Shown here piece after piece: positions 31,426-41,290 of a DNA stretch of 64,000 nucleotides. Source of the stretch: Candidatus Eiseniibacteriota bacterium. GTDB taxonomy: Bacteria; Eisenbacteria; RBG-16-71-46; SZUA-252. Every line of letters starts with the position of its first letter. Positions within the stretch are counted from its first letter, which is position 1. Under the pieces are notes generated by a model, which was not told the origin of the DNA, did no database searches, and saw nothing but the letters and a program-made list of their open reading frames with translations. The position numbers and the translations under genes are program-made. The stretch covers positions 23,810-87,809 of the forward strand of contig JANMQV010000171.1 of NCBI GenBank assembly GCA_031370645.1, read 5' to 3'.

Positions 31426-33644
31426 GCGTCTCCTTCCCGGCGCGGGCTCTCGGCGGCCCGGCGCGCTTCGGCTTCCTCCGCTTGCCGGCGGCGGATGGCC
31501 TCCAACTCGAGCGGATGTTCGTCGGCCATTTCTTCCTCCGTGATCGTTCCCTTGAGCCAGGCGAGATTCATCGGATAGACGTCCGGATTGAAGATCACGA
31601 AGTAGAGGTGCCAGACGACGATCGCCAGCGTGGCGAGGATCGCCTCGTAGTAGTGGATGGAGCGGGCGGCGTCCCAGCCGAGTTTGCTGAGGAGCGTGAT
31701 CGCCGGATCCTGGAACCAGAGCACGACGCCCGTGACCGCCATGGCCACCGTCCCCCAGACGAGTGCCCAGTACTCCGCCTTCTCGATGTAGGAGAAGCGT
31801 CCGAACCGGGGCCGCTCCTTACGCATCCCCGCATAGTAGCGCAGCGCCGCCACCACGTCTCCCAGATCGCCCGGGCGGGGAAGCATGTCGCGGAGGAATT
31901 CGCGGCCGCGGGCCGTGAACAAGAGGTAGTGGATGTGAACCACCGACGCTACGAGCATCGTCACGCCCGCCACACGGTGGATGACGCTTCGCGCCTCGAA
32001 GAGATGCCCCCAAGCCTTCCTGAGCAGCGTGATCCACCACGCCTCTGGGAAGCGAAGCATGAAGCCGGTCATCACCAGGACGACGAAACTGACGAGGAGC
32101 GTGGCGTGCTGGATCCGCTCGCTCTTCGTCATCCGGACGTAGAGCGCGCGGCTATCCGGTTCGTGCGCCGGCTCGAGCCCGCGCCGAACGCGGAGTTTGT
32201 GCCGCGCCTTTCGCCAGAAGTCGATCGCGTTGTGGAGGAACATGCCGCCCACGACCCCGACGATGAGGAGGGTGTAGATCGTGGCGATCCAGTAGAGGAG
32301 CGGCTCCTCGGCGTTCTCCGACTCGAGATGGACTTTGCCCCGGGCGAAGGCCGCCGTCGCGCCGGAGTGGCATTCGCCGCATGTTTTCGCGAGGTTGGCC
32401 GGGTGAACGAGGCTCTTCGGATCGCTCGACGGGAGGATGTCGTGGGATCCGTGGCACGACGCGCAATTGGCGGCGGAGACCTGGCCGCCCCGAATGGCGA
32501 GGCCGTGGAACGAATCGTTGAACGTCTTGAAGCGATCGCTCCGAATGCCGTACTTGGTGGCGAGGCGGACGGAGGAATGGCAGGGGGAGCAAACCTCGGT
32601 GGAGACATTCCCCGGCGCTACCGGGGAGTCGGGGGCGTCGGCCTTCTTGATCGTGTGCTCGCCGTGGCAGTCGGTGCAGACCGGCGCGTCGGGATTCCCC
32701 TTCTTGATGGCCTTTCCGTGAACGCTGCCATCGAACGCGTGCGCCACCTTTTCGTGGCAGCGACCGCAGGTGGCGGGGATGTGGAATTTTTCGGTCTTCG
32801 CGTCGGCGACGTATCCCTTCGCCATCTCGTGCGCGCCGTGACAATCGATGCAGGTGGCCGATTTGGCGTTTCCTTTCCGAAGCTCGGCGCTGTGGATGCT
32901 CGTCTCGTACGACTTGATGAATCCCGCTCTCGGGCCGACGCGCTCCCGAACGACGGCGTCGTCCAAGTGGCAATCGACGCAGAGCCTCTCCTGCTCCAGT
33001 TTGTGGTGCGCGTTCTCCCCGCCGTTTCGCGCGGCCGTGATCGCTTGCTTGTGGCAGCCGATGCAGGTCGGCGCCTCCTTCTGCCCCTCCGCGGCGGCGC
33101 GCCCGTGCGCTGAGTGTTCGTAGCGCGCCACTTCGTCCTTGTGGCACGGCACGCAGCCGGCGTTGACCGCGCGCGCGCCTGTGGCGGTGGTGAGGGCGCC
33201 TTTCGTGGGGACGTCGTGCGTGCCGTGGCAGGACTTGCAGGTCAGTTTGCCGGTCGCGCCGCGCACCTTGGCGTTCGTGGCGGGAGCGTGGAAGACGTGA
33301 GACGAGTCCGCGTTCTCGTGGCAGCCGCCGCAGAAGACCGGCGTGAGACGCGCCCGGTGCGGCGTCTTTTCCGGATCGAACCCCACGTGGCACTCCACGC
33401 AGGCGAGCTTCGCGTGGGCGGAGGCGAGGAGTACGGCGGGCGCGACGTCGAGCGAGACCTTCTCGCCTCGAATCGTGCGCGGCTCGAGCGTGCCGCCGGA
33501 GTGGCAGTCGAGGCACGCTTCGTCGGCTTCGTGTGGAGCGCGAGCCTCTGCGCTGGGGGGGAGGAAGGATAGGGCGATCCACGCCGCCAGGGTGATCCCC
33601 CCGGCGCTCATCGCCCTCGACAACAACCCCCATCGACTCCTCAT
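31422..33644 (-). CDS. CbcL-like protein: 13-heme cytochrome c fused to a di-heme cytochrome b (FdnI/HydC type)
   Basis: Signal peptide and 13 CxxCH; C-terminal TMs with RIQH, IHRVAG, VHIHY, RFSYIEKAEYW, SIHYYEA, VWHLY. Start 33644 or 33611. Confidence 0.9.
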   Translation of the reverse strand: MRSRWGLLSRAMSAGGITLAAWIALSFLPPSAEARAPHEADEACLDCHSGGTLEPRTIRGEKVSLDVAPAVLLASAHAKLACVECHVGFDPEKTPHRARLTPVFCGGCHENADSSHVFHAPATNAKVRGATGKLTCKSCHGTHDVPTKGALTTATGARAVNAGCVPCHKDEVARYEHSAHGRAAAEGQKEAPTCIGCHKQAITAARNGGENAHHKLEQERLCVDCHLDDAVVRERVGPRAGFIKSYETSIHSAELRKGNAKSATCIDCHGAHEMAKGYVADAKTEKFHIPATCGRCHEKVAHAFDGSVHGKAIKKGNPDAPVCTDCHGEHTIKKADAPDSPVAPGNVSTEVCSPCHSSVRLATKYGIRSDRFKTFNDSFHGLAIRGGQVSAANCASCHGSHDILPSSDPKSLVHPANLAKTCGECHSGATAAFARGKVHLESENAEEPLLYWIATIYTLLIVGVVGGMFLHNAIDFWRKARHKLRVRRGLEPAHEPDSRALYVRMTKSERIQHATLLVSFVVLVMTGFMLRFPEAWWITLLRKAWGHLFEARSVIHRVAGVTMLVASVVHIHYLLFTARGREFLRDMLPRPGDLGDVVAALRYYAGMRKERPRFGRFSYIEKAEYWALVWGTVAMAVTGVVLWFQDPAITLLSKLGWDAARSIHYYEAILATLAIVVWHLYFVIFNPDVYPMNLAWLKGTITEEEMADEHPLELEAIRRRQAEEAEARRAAESPRREGDA

Positions 33645-33860
33645 TCGTCCCCATCCTGAGTGGAAAGGTCCAGGTGCCACCAGACCCTTTTTGCCTCCTG
33701 CCAATAGATTGCGGCAGGACGGACGCGAGAGGCTACGGGACCCCCGCCCCGGCGTCAGGTGGACTTGGGTAGTACTGGAGCCTCCCGCGGGCCCCTCGGG
33801 CCGGGGTTCGCGGCAATCGGGTCGCTGACGCCCGGGCGGGAGGGCGCTACACTGCCTCGC

Positions 33861-34757
33861 ATGTATGAGGCCTCGGCCGATTTCGACGCGCAGTGGGACT
33901 ACGACCGCCCCGATTCCACCGAGGCGCGCTTTCGCGCTCTCCTTCCGGAGGCCCGGCGGGCGGGCGATCCCGATTACCTGGCGCAACTTCTCACGCAGAT
34001 CGCGCGCGCCGAGGGGCTCCAGATGAAATTCGACGACGCGACGCGAACGCTGGACGAGGCGGAGGCGCTCGTAACCGACCAAGGGCCCGTCGGCCGGGTG
34101 CGCGTTCTTCTCGAGCGCGGGCGCGTCCTCAATTCTTCGAAGCGCGCTGAAGAATCGAAGCCGCTCTTCCGCGCGGCATGGGACCTGGCGTGTTCGATCC
34201 GCTCCGACGGATTCGCCGTCGACGCGGCACACATGCTGGGGATCGTGGAGTCGGGCGACTCCTCCGTCCTGTGGAATCGGACCGCGATCGACTACGCCGA
34301 GAAGTCGGCCGACCCCAAGGCACGCCGCTGGCTCGGTTCCCTCTACAACAATCTCGGCTGGACGTATCACGAGAAGGGTGAATTCGGAACCGCGCTCGAC
34401 CTCTTCCAGAAGGCGCTCGCCGAGCGGGAGTCCGAAGGCAAGAAGGGACGGATCCACCATGCCCGCTGGTGCGTGGCGCGGGCGCTCCGCTCGCTGGGGC
34501 GATTCCAGGAGGCGTTGGCGTCGCAGGAGGCGATGCTAGCCGAGGGTGTGGCCGACCACGCTCCCGACGGGTATGTCGAGGAGGAGATCGGTGAGTGCCT
34601 GCTTGCCCTGAGCCGCGAGACGGAAGCGGCCCCCCACTTCGCCGCGGCCTACCGGCTCCTCGAGAGCGACCCCTGGCTTCGACGCGACGAAGCCGATCGG
34701 CTGAAACGACTGCGCCGGCTGGGCGGGTTGCCCGAGCCGGCGCCGAAACAGCCGTAG
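33861..34757 (+). CDS. Tetratricopeptide-repeat protein
   Basis: SLYNNLGWTYHEKGEFGTALDLFQKAL and other helical repeats; TACACT 7 nt before ATG. Confidence 0.8.
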   Translation: MYEASADFDAQWDYDRPDSTEARFRALLPEARRAGDPDYLAQLLTQIARAEGLQMKFDDATRTLDEAEALVTDQGPVGRVRVLLERGRVLNSSKRAEESKPLFRAAWDLACSIRSDGFAVDAAHMLGIVESGDSSVLWNRTAIDYAEKSADPKARRWLGSLYNNLGWTYHEKGEFGTALDLFQKALAERESEGKKGRIHHARWCVARALRSLGRFQEALASQEAMLAEGVADHAPDGYVEEEIGECLLALSRETEAAPHFAAAYRLLESDPWLRRDEADRLKRLRRLGGLPEPAPKQP

Positions 34758-34779
34758 CCGCGTTACCAGCCCGCCGCGA

Positions 34780-35343
34780 TCACATCTTCGGCCAGAGCCA
34801 CCCGAAGACGCCGCCCGTGAAGAGTCCGTAGAGGAGCGCGTCGAATACCGCCCTCCAGGTCGTTCCCCAGTTCCGCTTGTACCAGATCGAATCGGGAATG
34901 CAGCCGAAGCCGTAGGCCACGAACGCGACGCATCCCGCGAAACGATAGACCTGCAAGTACGTGGCGCCAGCCTGAAGGGCATGGCCGGTGACGTACGCGG
35001 CAACGATCGACACTGCCACGCAGAAGAAGAACCACTGGACGAGTTCCTTCCCCATCGACGGCGCTTTCCCCTTCATGAGCGTCATGAACACGATGGGGCC
35101 CTTCGTCATCTTCGCCACGAAGGCAGGGTCCTTCATGCACTCCATGCCCTCCCCGCGAGGAACCATGTAGTCCCCCGGCGGGATGTCGAGCCTTTGGAGC
35201 GCCTCCAACAATTCGTCTTCCTTCGCGACCTTCTTGAAGTCGTTCTTGTGGATCGGCAGCATCATGTGGAGGATGGCGCTCAGAATGAAGACAACGACGG
35301 CGGAGAGCAGAATCGGGAGCAGGAGTGACGGGATCGAAACCAT
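34780..35343 (-). CDS. Hypothetical membrane protein (about 4 TM)
   Basis: RBS GAGGAAGG; hydrophobic helices; HMMLPIHKND motif. Confidence 0.75.
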   Translation of the reverse strand: MVSIPSLLLPILLSAVVVFILSAILHMMLPIHKNDFKKVAKEDELLEALQRLDIPPGDYMVPRGEGMECMKDPAFVAKMTKGPIVFMTLMKGKAPSMGKELVQWFFFCVAVSIVAAYVTGHALQAGATYLQVYRFAGCVAFVAYGFGCIPDSIWYKRNWGTTWRAVFDALLYGLFTGGVFGWLWPKM

Positions 35344-35529
35344 GTTCCCTTCCTCTCGTGGGGGTCGGTGACGCGCGCTCCGGAGTGGTGGCGACGATCC
35401 GGGACATGGCAGGGGCCGCGTCGCTCCGGAGGATAGCATGCGGGCAGCCGTCCATGTCCGTACCCCGTAGCGCCCCGGCGCGTCGACCCGGTCGCGCAGA
35501 CCCCCTCTCTCCGCTACACTGCCCTCCCC

Positions 35530-37281
35530 ATGGACCGCGACCTCGAGGCCCCAGAAAGAATCGCCCTTGCCACGACGGGCGCCGAACTCATCGCCGAGGG
35601 ATTCGAACGCTATCTGACGCGCTTCCGCGCCTTGACGGGCGAAGCCCGCGGCAATTTCGAACGAAGCGACTGGCCGTCCATTCAGCGCGGCGCCAAGAAT
35701 CGGCTCGATCTCTACGGTGGGTTCGTCGTTCGGTCGGTCAGCGCCATCCACGAACTCCTCGGCCGGCACGCGGGAGAGCGGGAGACGTGGGCGGCCATCC
35801 GGGCGGTCTTCGAACGGCGGATCGCGCTCCACCCCGAGCGAGAACTGGCGGAGACTTTCTTCAATTCAAACGTACGGCGGGTCTTCCACACCGTCGGAGT
35901 CGATCCCCTCGTCGAATTCGTGCGGGCGGAGACCTTCCCCGCGCGCTACGCACCCCCCTGGAGTTTCACAGAGGTCTATCACCGCGAGGGGACGCTCGAC
36001 GAGGTCTTGCAGCGTGTTCTTCGCGACAGCGGCTTCACGATCCCCTGGGACGATCTCCAAGGAGACGCGGCGCGCGTGGCGGCGGCGCTCGCGGCCCAGA
36101 TCCAGCCGGGCGACGTCGAGGCGATCGAGATGGTGTGCGCCCCTTTCTTCCGTGGAAAGGGCGCCTATCTGGCGGGACAAATTCAGACGCGCGGCGGGAG
36201 GATTCCCCTCCTGCTGGCGCTTCGCAACCCCGCCGGGTCGATCCTCCTCGACGCCGCCCTTTTCACCGAGGACGAGATGAGCGTCGTTTTCAGTTTCGCG
36301 CACACCTACTTCTTCGTGGAGCTTGAACGCGTGAAGGAGATGGTCGATTTCCTCGCCTCGATGCTCCCCCGGAAGCCGATCGCCGATCTCTGGAGCGCCC
36401 TCGGATTCCACCGCCACGCGAAGACGGAACTCTACCGCTCCCTCCTCCACCACCTCGCCACCAGCAACGAGCAGTTCGACGTGGCGGTCGGGCAGCGGGG
36501 GCTCGTCATGGTGGTCTTCGCGCTGCCGGGCTTCGACGTCGTGTTCAAGGTGATCCGCGACCGCTTCCCGCCGCCGAAGACCGTGACGCACGAGGTGGTC
36601 CGCGAGAAATACCGGCTCGTCTTCCGGCACGACCGAGCCGGCCGGCTCGTCGACGCGCAGGAGTTCGAACATCTCGAGTTCCCGCGCGCGCGATTCACTC
36701 CCGCCCTGCTCCAAGAACTGGCCACGTCGGCGTCCGAATCGGTGGAGGTGCGCGAATCGACCGTCGTGCTCCGGCACCTCTATACGGAACGTCGGCTCAT
36801 CCCGCTCGACGTCTTCCTGCAAGACGCGCCCGCCATGGACGCGCGTGCCGCGGTGCTCGAGTACGGCCAGGTGATGCGCGACCTGGCCGCGACGAATATC
36901 TTCCCGGGCGACATGCTCCTCAAGAATTTCGGCGTCTCCCGTCACGGACGCGTCATCTTCTACGACTACGACGAGCTCTGTCTCCTCACCGACTGCCGCT
37001 TCCGGGACCTACCTTCGGCTACCACCGCGGAGGAGGAAGTGGCGCTGGAACCGTGGTACTTTGTGGGGGAAGACGACATTTTTCCCGAAGAGTTCCGGGC
37101 ATTCCTGGGGCTGCGAGGTGAGTTGTTGGAATCGTTCCTCGCGTCGCACGGTGAGCTCCTGGAGCCCGCCTTCTGGCGGCGCATGCAGGATCTCCACAGC
37201 CAGGGCGTGGTGCCCGACATCTATCCCTACCCGGCGTCGCGGCGGCTCCGCCCCGAGGATGCCCGGTGGGAGGCAACCTGA
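35530..37281 (+). CDS. aceK: Isocitrate dehydrogenase kinase/phosphatase
   Basis: [77 protein letters not shown]. Confidence 0.96.
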   Translation: MDRDLEAPERIALATTGAELIAEGFERYLTRFRALTGEARGNFERSDWPSIQRGAKNRLDLYGGFVVRSVSAIHELLGRHAGERETWAAIRAVFERRIALHPERELAETFFNSNVRRVFHTVGVDPLVEFVRAETFPARYAPPWSFTEVYHREGTLDEVLQRVLRDSGFTIPWDDLQGDAARVAAALAAQIQPGDVEAIEMVCAPFFRGKGAYLAGQIQTRGGRIPLLLALRNPAGSILLDAALFTEDEMSVVFSFAHTYFFVELERVKEMVDFLASMLPRKPIADLWSALGFHRHAKTELYRSLLHHLATSNEQFDVAVGQRGLVMVVFALPGFDVVFKVIRDRFPPPKTVTHEVVREKYRLVFRHDRAGRLVDAQEFEHLEFPRARFTPALLQELATSASESVEVRESTVVLRHLYTERRLIPLDVFLQDAPAMDARAAVLEYGQVMRDLAATNIFPGDMLLKNFGVSRHGRVIFYDYDELCLLTDCRFRDLPSATTAEEEVALEPWYFVGEDDIFPEEFRAFLGLRGELLESFLASHGELLEPAFWRRMQDLHSQGVVPDIYPYPASRRLRPEDARWEAT

Positions 37282-37315
37282 GCCCGCGCCCCGCGCGGCA
37301 GGAGGAGACCGAACG

Positions 37316-38599
37316 ATGAGTGTCGCCCAAGGCGAAGCCATCACCCTACGCAACGGCAAGATGGTCGTCCCGAATCACCCCGTCATTCCCTTCATCGAGG
37401 GCGACGGCACGGGTCCCGACATCTGGCGCGCTTCGGTCCGCGTGCTCGACGCCGCCGTCCAGAAAGCCTACAAGGGCGAGCGGAAGATCGAGTGGCACGA
37501 GGTGCTGGCCGGACAGAAGGCGTTCGATTCGACCGGCAACTGGCTTCCGGACGCCACGCTCGACGCGTTCCGCGCCTATCTGGTCGGCATCAAGGGACCG
37601 CTTACCACGCCGATCGGCGGCGGCATTCGGTCGCTGAACGTGGCGCTTCGCCAGATCCTCGATCTCTACGTCTGCCTCCGACCGGTCCGCTGGTTCCAGG
37701 GGGTCCCGTCGCCCGTCCGGGCGCCGGAGAAGGTGAACATGGTGATCTTCCGGGAGAACACGGAGGACATCTACGCCGGGATCGAGTTCGCGGAGGGTTC
37801 CGAGGAGGTTCGGAAGGTCCTCGAGTTCATGAAGTCGACCTTTCCCTCGAGCTACAAGAAGATCCGCTTCCCCGAGAGCACGGCCATCGGTTTCAAGCCG
37901 GTCTCGCGCGAGGGGACCGAGCGGCTCATTCGCGCCGCCATCGCGTACGCCGTCGACCAGAAGCGGAAGAGCGTCACGATCGTCCACAAGGGAAACATCA
38001 TGAAGTTCACCGAGGGGGCGTTCCGCAACTGGAGCTACGAGCTGGCCGAGCGGGAATTCGCGGCCAAGGTCTACACCTGGGAGCAGTGGGAGCGGACGCG
38101 GGCCGCGAAGGGCGAAGAGGCGGCGAACCAGGAGCAGAAGGCGGCTCTCGCGTCGGGTAAGGTCCTGATCAAGGACGCGATCGCCGACATCACGCTGCAG
38201 CAAGTGCTGACGCGCCCCGACGAGTTCGACGTCCTCGCGACGCTCAATCTGAACGGCGATTACCTTTCGGACGCGCTGGCCGCTCAGGTCGGCGGGATCG
38301 GCATCGCGCCGGGCGGGAACATCAACTACATGACGGGCCACGCCGTCTTCGAGGCGACGCACGGCACGGCGCCGAAATACGCCAATCTCGACAAGGTGAA
38401 TCCGGGATCGCTGATTCTCTCCGGCGAGATGATGCTCCGCTACCTCGGTTGGAACGAGGCCGCCGACCTGATCATTCGCGGCATGGACGGCGCGATCGGG
38501 AGCAAGCGAGTCACCTACGACTTCGCCCGCCTCATGCCGGGCGCGAGCGAGGTGAAGTGCAGCGAGTTCGGAGACAACATCATCGCCCACATGGCGTAG
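37316..38599 (+). CDS. icd: NADP-dependent isocitrate dehydrogenase (dimeric, E. coli type)
   Basis: [61 protein letters not shown]. Confidence 0.97.
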   Translation: MSVAQGEAITLRNGKMVVPNHPVIPFIEGDGTGPDIWRASVRVLDAAVQKAYKGERKIEWHEVLAGQKAFDSTGNWLPDATLDAFRAYLVGIKGPLTTPIGGGIRSLNVALRQILDLYVCLRPVRWFQGVPSPVRAPEKVNMVIFRENTEDIYAGIEFAEGSEEVRKVLEFMKSTFPSSYKKIRFPESTAIGFKPVSREGTERLIRAAIAYAVDQKRKSVTIVHKGNIMKFTEGAFRNWSYELAEREFAAKVYTWEQWERTRAAKGEEAANQEQKAALASGKVLIKDAIADITLQQVLTRPDEFDVLATLNLNGDYLSDALAAQVGGIGIAPGGNINYMTGHAVFEATHGTAPKYANLDKVNPGSLILSGEMMLRYLGWNEAADLIIRGMDGAIGSKRVTYDFARLMPGASEVKCSEFGDNIIAHMA

Positions 38600-38602
38600 G
38601 CC

Positions 38603-39190
38603 TCACGACTTGCCGGGGAGGATCGTCTCGAGTTTGGCGGTGAGTTCTTTCGCGAGCGGTTCGGTCTTCGACCCGAAACGGGCCACGACATGCCCGTCGG
38701 GCGCGACAAGGAATTTGTTGAAGTTCCACGAGATGTCGCCCTTGAACCCCGAATCGCGTGTGAGGAAACCGTAGAGGGGGTGGATTCCCTTCCCTTTCAC
38801 GCTGATCTTGGAGAAGAGCGGAAACGTCGTCTTGTACTTCGTGCTGCAGAATGTCTTGATCTCCGCGTCGCTCCCCGGTTCCTGCCCCATGAAGTTGTTC
38901 GCCGGAAACCCCAGCACCACGAATCCGCGGTCGCGATACTTCTCGTAGAGCGACTCGAGCCCCTCGTATTGGGGCGTGAATCCGCACTTCGAGGCGGTGT
39001 TCACGATCAAGAGCGCCTTCCCTTTGTAGGCGGAGAGCGATTGCTCGACACCGTCGATCGTCACGGCCTTGAAGTCGTGAACCGTGCGGCCCTCGGGCGT
39101 TGGGGCCCCGTGTGGAGCGGCGTCGGCGGAGACTACCATCCCGAGCGAGGCGGCTGCGGCGGTCAAGAGCGAGAGGCGAAGGAAGTTCAT
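38603..39190 (-). CDS. Glutathione peroxidase family (Cys-type) with signal peptide
   Basis: NTASKCGFTPQY, GFPANNF..QEPG, FC, WNFNKFLV. Confidence 0.93.
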   Translation of the reverse strand: MNFLRLSLLTAAAASLGMVVSADAAPHGAPTPEGRTVHDFKAVTIDGVEQSLSAYKGKALLIVNTASKCGFTPQYEGLESLYEKYRDRGFVVLGFPANNFMGQEPGSDAEIKTFCSTKYKTTFPLFSKISVKGKGIHPLYGFLTRDSGFKGDISWNFNKFLVAPDGHVVARFGSKTEPLAKELTAKLETILPGKS

Positions 39191-39286
39191 GAAGGTCTCC
39201 CGGAGTTTGGATCGGTGCGATGAAGGCTGATCACCTTTGGATGGCGTCTGATCCCGGGCGATTCGCCTCATCGGAAGAAATCGCCG

Positions 39287-40498
39287 CTACCGCGTGGCGC
39301 CCGCCCGGACGACTTCTCCAAGCGCCGTGACGGCGGCGCGGAGCTGCTCGTCGCGGAGATAGGGTGCCGGGCCGAGGCGGAGAATCTCGCCCCGGTGGTC
39401 CGTGAGGACGCCCCGGTCGCGTAGCGCCGCGCCGATGGCGCCGGCGCTCGGCGCACGAAGCGCGAGAAATCCGCCGAGATCCGTCACCGGGGTCGCGCGA
39501 TCTCGTGTAATGGCGGCGGGATCGAGGTCGAGGGCGTCGAAGGCGCTCGCCACGAGCCCCACCTGGTGCTGGCTGATGTCCCGAAGTCGCTCCGCCGTGA
39601 GACCCTCCTCCTCGAAGAATCGAAAGACACGCGCCGCCCGGTAGTGGCTCGTCGGATCGTACGTCGCCCCGGCCCATCGCGCCGGCCCCTCGCCGTACGG
39701 CACTTCTCCGTCCGCGCGTTGCGTCAATCGCGCGAACTCGCTGTACCAGCCGGTGAGAATCGGCCGCAGATCGTCCCGTGCCGGCGGCACACGAAGGAAC
39801 GCGACCCCTTCCCCGAGTTGGCAATACTTGTAGCCTCCACCCACCACGAAAGCGCTTTCGAGTCCGTCCCGCGCCATGTCGGCGGGGACGACATTCAGCT
39901 GGTGGTAGGCATCGACGAGAAGTTCCGCTCCGTGCCGACGACACGCCACCGCCAGCGCGCCGAGATTCGGCACGATGCGCGACGTCGCGAAAAGGACCGA
40001 CGAGACGAGCACCGCGGCGGTCCGCCCGTCGACCGCGGCCGCCAAGCGCTCCGTCAGCGTCGCGACGGGTGTCGCCGCGACTCGCACGACTTCGAGGCGT
40101 CCCTCCTCGGAGAGCCGGTCGAGGTGCCGGCGGATCGTGTGAAACTCTTCGTCGGTCGTGACGAGCCGCGGACGGCGGTCGAGCGGGAGCGCCGATAGGA
40201 ACCGCGTCACCAGCTCGTGCGTGTTCTGGCCCAGCGCAATCTCGCCCGCCGGCGCGTGAAGAAGACGCGCGTAGCCGCGGCGAACGTCGTCCGCCTTCTC
40301 CATCGCCCGACCCCACTTCTCGTCGGCCAACTCGGCCGCGTCGTTCCAGGCGTCGGTCTGCCCTTCGAACCCGCAATCGGGCCACGCCTGGTGCGAGTGC
40401 CCTGTCAGGAGGATGCGATCGGCGACCCGAAAGCGCGAATAGTGGAGCGCGAGCGGATTCGTCGAAGCGGCGAGGTCGGCGACTTGGAGCGGCGCCAT
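39287..40498 (-). CDS. kynU: Kynureninase (PLP, class V fold)
   Basis: DAYHQ, GGGYKY (PLP Lys), LRPILTGWY, LRLGPAPY; TGATG overlap with kynA. Confidence 0.82.
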   Translation of the reverse strand: MAPLQVADLAASTNPLALHYSRFRVADRILLTGHSHQAWPDCGFEGQTDAWNDAAELADEKWGRAMEKADDVRRGYARLLHAPAGEIALGQNTHELVTRFLSALPLDRRPRLVTTDEEFHTIRRHLDRLSEEGRLEVVRVAATPVATLTERLAAAVDGRTAAVLVSSVLFATSRIVPNLGALAVACRRHGAELLVDAYHQLNVVPADMARDGLESAFVVGGGYKYCQLGEGVAFLRVPPARDDLRPILTGWYSEFARLTQRADGEVPYGEGPARWAGATYDPTSHYRAARVFRFFEEEGLTAERLRDISQHQVGLVASAFDALDLDPAAITRDRATPVTDLGGFLALRAPSAGAIGAALRDRGVLTDHRGEILRLGPAPYLRDEQLRAAVTALGEVVRAGATR

Positions 40499-41280
40499 CA
40501 GAGTTCCGTGCGAATGGCCCAGAGATCGGGGAATAGCGAGTGATTGAGCGTCGTCATGAGGTACGCGGCGCCGTCCGATCCGCCCGTTCCCTTCTTCGTG
40601 CCGATCGTCCGTTGCACCATCTTCACGTGGCGATAGCGCCATTCTTGAAGACCTTCGTCGAGATCGACCATCCGCTCGCAGAGGACGCTCGTCATCGGGT
40701 CGGTGCGGTAGATCTTGATGAGAACCGGGTGGAGTGCCGGAACCGATTCAATCGGACGGGTCACGTCCCGCGAGAGCGCCTCGGCCGGGACCGCATGGCC
40801 GTGGCTCACGAGGAGGCGAAGGAACGAATCCCAGAGCGTCGGCTCCGCCATTCGACGCTCCAGGCGGGCGCGGTGCTCGCTTCCGGCCGGATAGCGGTCG
40901 AGCGCGGCGGGACGCTTCATGCCGAGAACGAATTCCAACTCCCGGAATTGAAACGATTGGAAGCCGCTTCCCGACTCCAGGCGCTCGCGGAACGAGAGGA
41001 ACTCGAGCGGCGTCATGGTCTCGAGGATGTCGATCTGCGCCACGGCGACTTTGAGGATCGTGAGGATCCGCTTCATCGTGTGGAGCGCGCGCGGAATATC
41101 TCCCTCCACCAGCAGCCGCTTCAGAAAATCGATCTCGTGGAGGAACTGCTTGAACCAGAGTTCGTAGACCTGGTGGATAACGATGAAGAGCGTCTCGTCA
41201 TGCTCCGGTCCGTCGGAGACCGGCTGCTGCAGCGACAGGAGCTCGTCGATCTTGAGATAGCTGGAATACGTCAGCGCCAT
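40498..41280 (-). CDS. kynA: Tryptophan 2,3-dioxygenase
   Basis: YSSYL, HDETLFIVIHQVYELWFK, SGFQSFQFR, WRYRH, GTGGS. Confidence 0.96.
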   Translation of the reverse strand: MALTYSSYLKIDELLSLQQPVSDGPEHDETLFIVIHQVYELWFKQFLHEIDFLKRLLVEGDIPRALHTMKRILTILKVAVAQIDILETMTPLEFLSFRERLESGSGFQSFQFRELEFVLGMKRPAALDRYPAGSEHRARLERRMAEPTLWDSFLRLLVSHGHAVPAEALSRDVTRPIESVPALHPVLIKIYRTDPMTSVLCERMVDLDEGLQEWRYRHVKMVQRTIGTKKGTGGSDGAAYLMTTLNHSLFPDLWAIRTEL

Positions 41281-41290
41281 CGTGGGCTCC

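Noticed and set aside
26711-33644. Calling the multiheme operon a nitrite reductase, hydroxylamine oxidoreductase or porin-cytochrome conduit
   Set aside because: No CxxCK heme, no HAO-type pattern recognised, and no beta-barrel gene in the operon
38980-38992. Selenocysteine in the glutathione peroxidase
   Set aside because: The active-site codon is TGC (Cys), not TGA
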